From an uncultured archaeon (GTDB lineage Archaea; Halobacteriota; Archaeoglobi; Archaeoglobales; Archaeoglobaceae): a stretch of 51,809 bases of DNA. The notes below the pieces were generated by a model. It was not told the DNA's origin and did not search any database. It worked only from the letters and a program-made list of their open reading frames with translations. Below, one piece after another: positions 49,966 through 51,809 of the stretch. Within the stretch, counting starts at the first letter, position 1, and the number at the start of each line of letters is the position of its first letter. The DNA lies in contig CAYMRE010000001.1 in assembly GCA_964392755.1 (NCBI GenBank), positions 1 through 51,809 of the forward strand. Direction: 5' to 3'. Both the position numbers and the translations under genes were made by a program.

Positions 49966-50607
49966 TCACTTCAACCTCTTTCTCAGTATTTTTCTTGAAT
50001 TTTCAAAGACTTTTTCGGTGTCTTCTATTCCTGCTCCCTTCAATATCCTTTCAGCAAGTTCAACACTTACGAAATCGCTTGGACTGTGTGCATCGTTATT
50101 CAGAACGAATTTACATCCTACGTAAGTCCCCACTTTAACTACATGTCCGTTGGTCAAGCAGTGTCCCTTTCTTGTAGTAATTTCGAGATACACCCCATTT
50201 TCCTTGGCAAGTTCTGCAGTCTTCAAATCAATCAATCCAGGATGTGCCAAGATGTCAATCTCCTCCTGAACAGCGTAGTAGTTTGTTCCTTCCATAACTG
50301 GTTCAACTATAGTTTCTCCATGAACTATTACTATCTCTGCACCCTCCTTCCAAGCCATCTCTACAGCTCTACCTATCAGTTTGGGCGGAACGTGCGTTAT
50401 CTCCACCCCTATTAAGAGGGGAATTTCGTAGTCGTCCCTTACATCCTTTAGTTTTTCAAGCGATCTTAGGATCAGTGGTATGTTTGAGAAGTCTGCGTGG
50501 TCAGTTATTGCGACACCTTCGTATCCGATCTGTGCGCATCTCCTAACTATTTCAGATGGTATCAATTCGCCATCACTAAACACCGAGTGGACATGTAGGT
50601 CTATCAT
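49966..50607 (-). CDS. PHP-domain phosphoesterase (histidinol-phosphatase-like)
   Basis: DLHVHSVFSDG, ITDH, GVEITH, VHGET, AHPG, DAH. Confidence 0.88.
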   Translation of the reverse strand: MIDLHVHSVFSDGELIPSEIVRRCAQIGYEGVAITDHADFSNIPLILRSLEKLKDVRDDYEIPLLIGVEITHVPPKLIGRAVEMAWKEGAEIVIVHGETIVEPVMEGTNYYAVQEEIDILAHPGLIDLKTAELAKENGVYLEITTRKGHCLTNGHVVKVGTYVGCKFVLNNDAHSPSDFVSVELAERILKGAGIEDTEKVFENSRKILRKRLK

Positions 50608-50656
50608 CGATTTTGAACTCAAACTGATAATTTTTGTATTTAACGCAACTCACGCA

Positions 50657-50727
50657 AAAGATTTATATATCCGTGCCTTCTACGGCAAGAACACATCTGA
50701 AAGACTTGAGCACAAGTCTTATAAATC
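50657..50727 (+). promoter_or_regulatory. Tandem rRNA operon promoters
   Basis: AAAAGATTTATATA (50657) and CAAGTCTTATAAAT (50713) BRE/TATA motifs upstream of the leader. Confidence 0.6.
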
Positions 50728-50751
50728 TTGAAAGTGCAAACATATGTAGTA

Positions 50752-50919
50752 ACCGCGGGTCCGGCAAGGACCCCGACAGGGCGTAAGGCCCAGGATGGGG
50801 GGTAGAGTTCCCACCCGCGGTATAGGTGGTGAGGGCGTGCAAAGGCGCACGCCCAAGATGGGCTTGCCAGCAGGGTAGACCGGTGGGCGTGGGACGTATT
50901 CACCGTCCCTCCCCCGCCA
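50752..50919 (+). other. Structured 5' external transcribed spacer of the pre-rRNA
   Basis: GC-rich stems ACCGCGGGT/ACCCGCGGT, GGTCC/GGACC, GGGC/GCCC, GGGCGTGC/GCACGCCC, GGGACG/CGTCCC. Confidence 0.7.

Positions 50920-51809
<890 letters not shown>

Overview
Gene-dense chromosomal segment of a hyperthermophilic, sulfate-reducing euryarchaeon. The 16S rRNA, the sat/apr/qmo genes and a class II HMG-CoA reductase point to Archaeoglobales, most like Archaeoglobus profundus (inferred, no database search run). The centrepiece is a contiguous dissimilatory sulfate-activation/APS-reduction cluster, sat-orf-aprB-aprA-qmoA-qmoB-qmoC (18.1-27.2 kb). It is surrounded by housekeeping genes: top6B, TIP49, ribK/ribB, argD/argB, hjc, fbp, priL, PCNA, hisC, rpl21e, rpoF, a purP-like gene, futalosine menaquinone genes, two PiT+DUF47 loci and a crcB fluoride module. 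There are two tRNA genes (Val-CAC, Thr-GGT) and the 5' part of the 16S rRNA with its leader. Features read directly from the DNA that the ORF track misses: a cluster of decayed PIN/VapC toxin genes at 1-985; a 55-codon ORF before hisC; a 46-codon N-terminal extension, with an apparent ATA start, of a prenyltransferase-repeat gene in the fluoride operon; palindromic operator candidates at ribK, at the CBS-DUF47-PiT operon and at the AbrB-PhoU regulator; and a Zn-ribbon gene relic after tRNA-Val. A radical SAM/SPASM protein is a candidate tetraether-lipid bridging enzyme (Gms-like). No CRISPR array or intact mobile element was seen.
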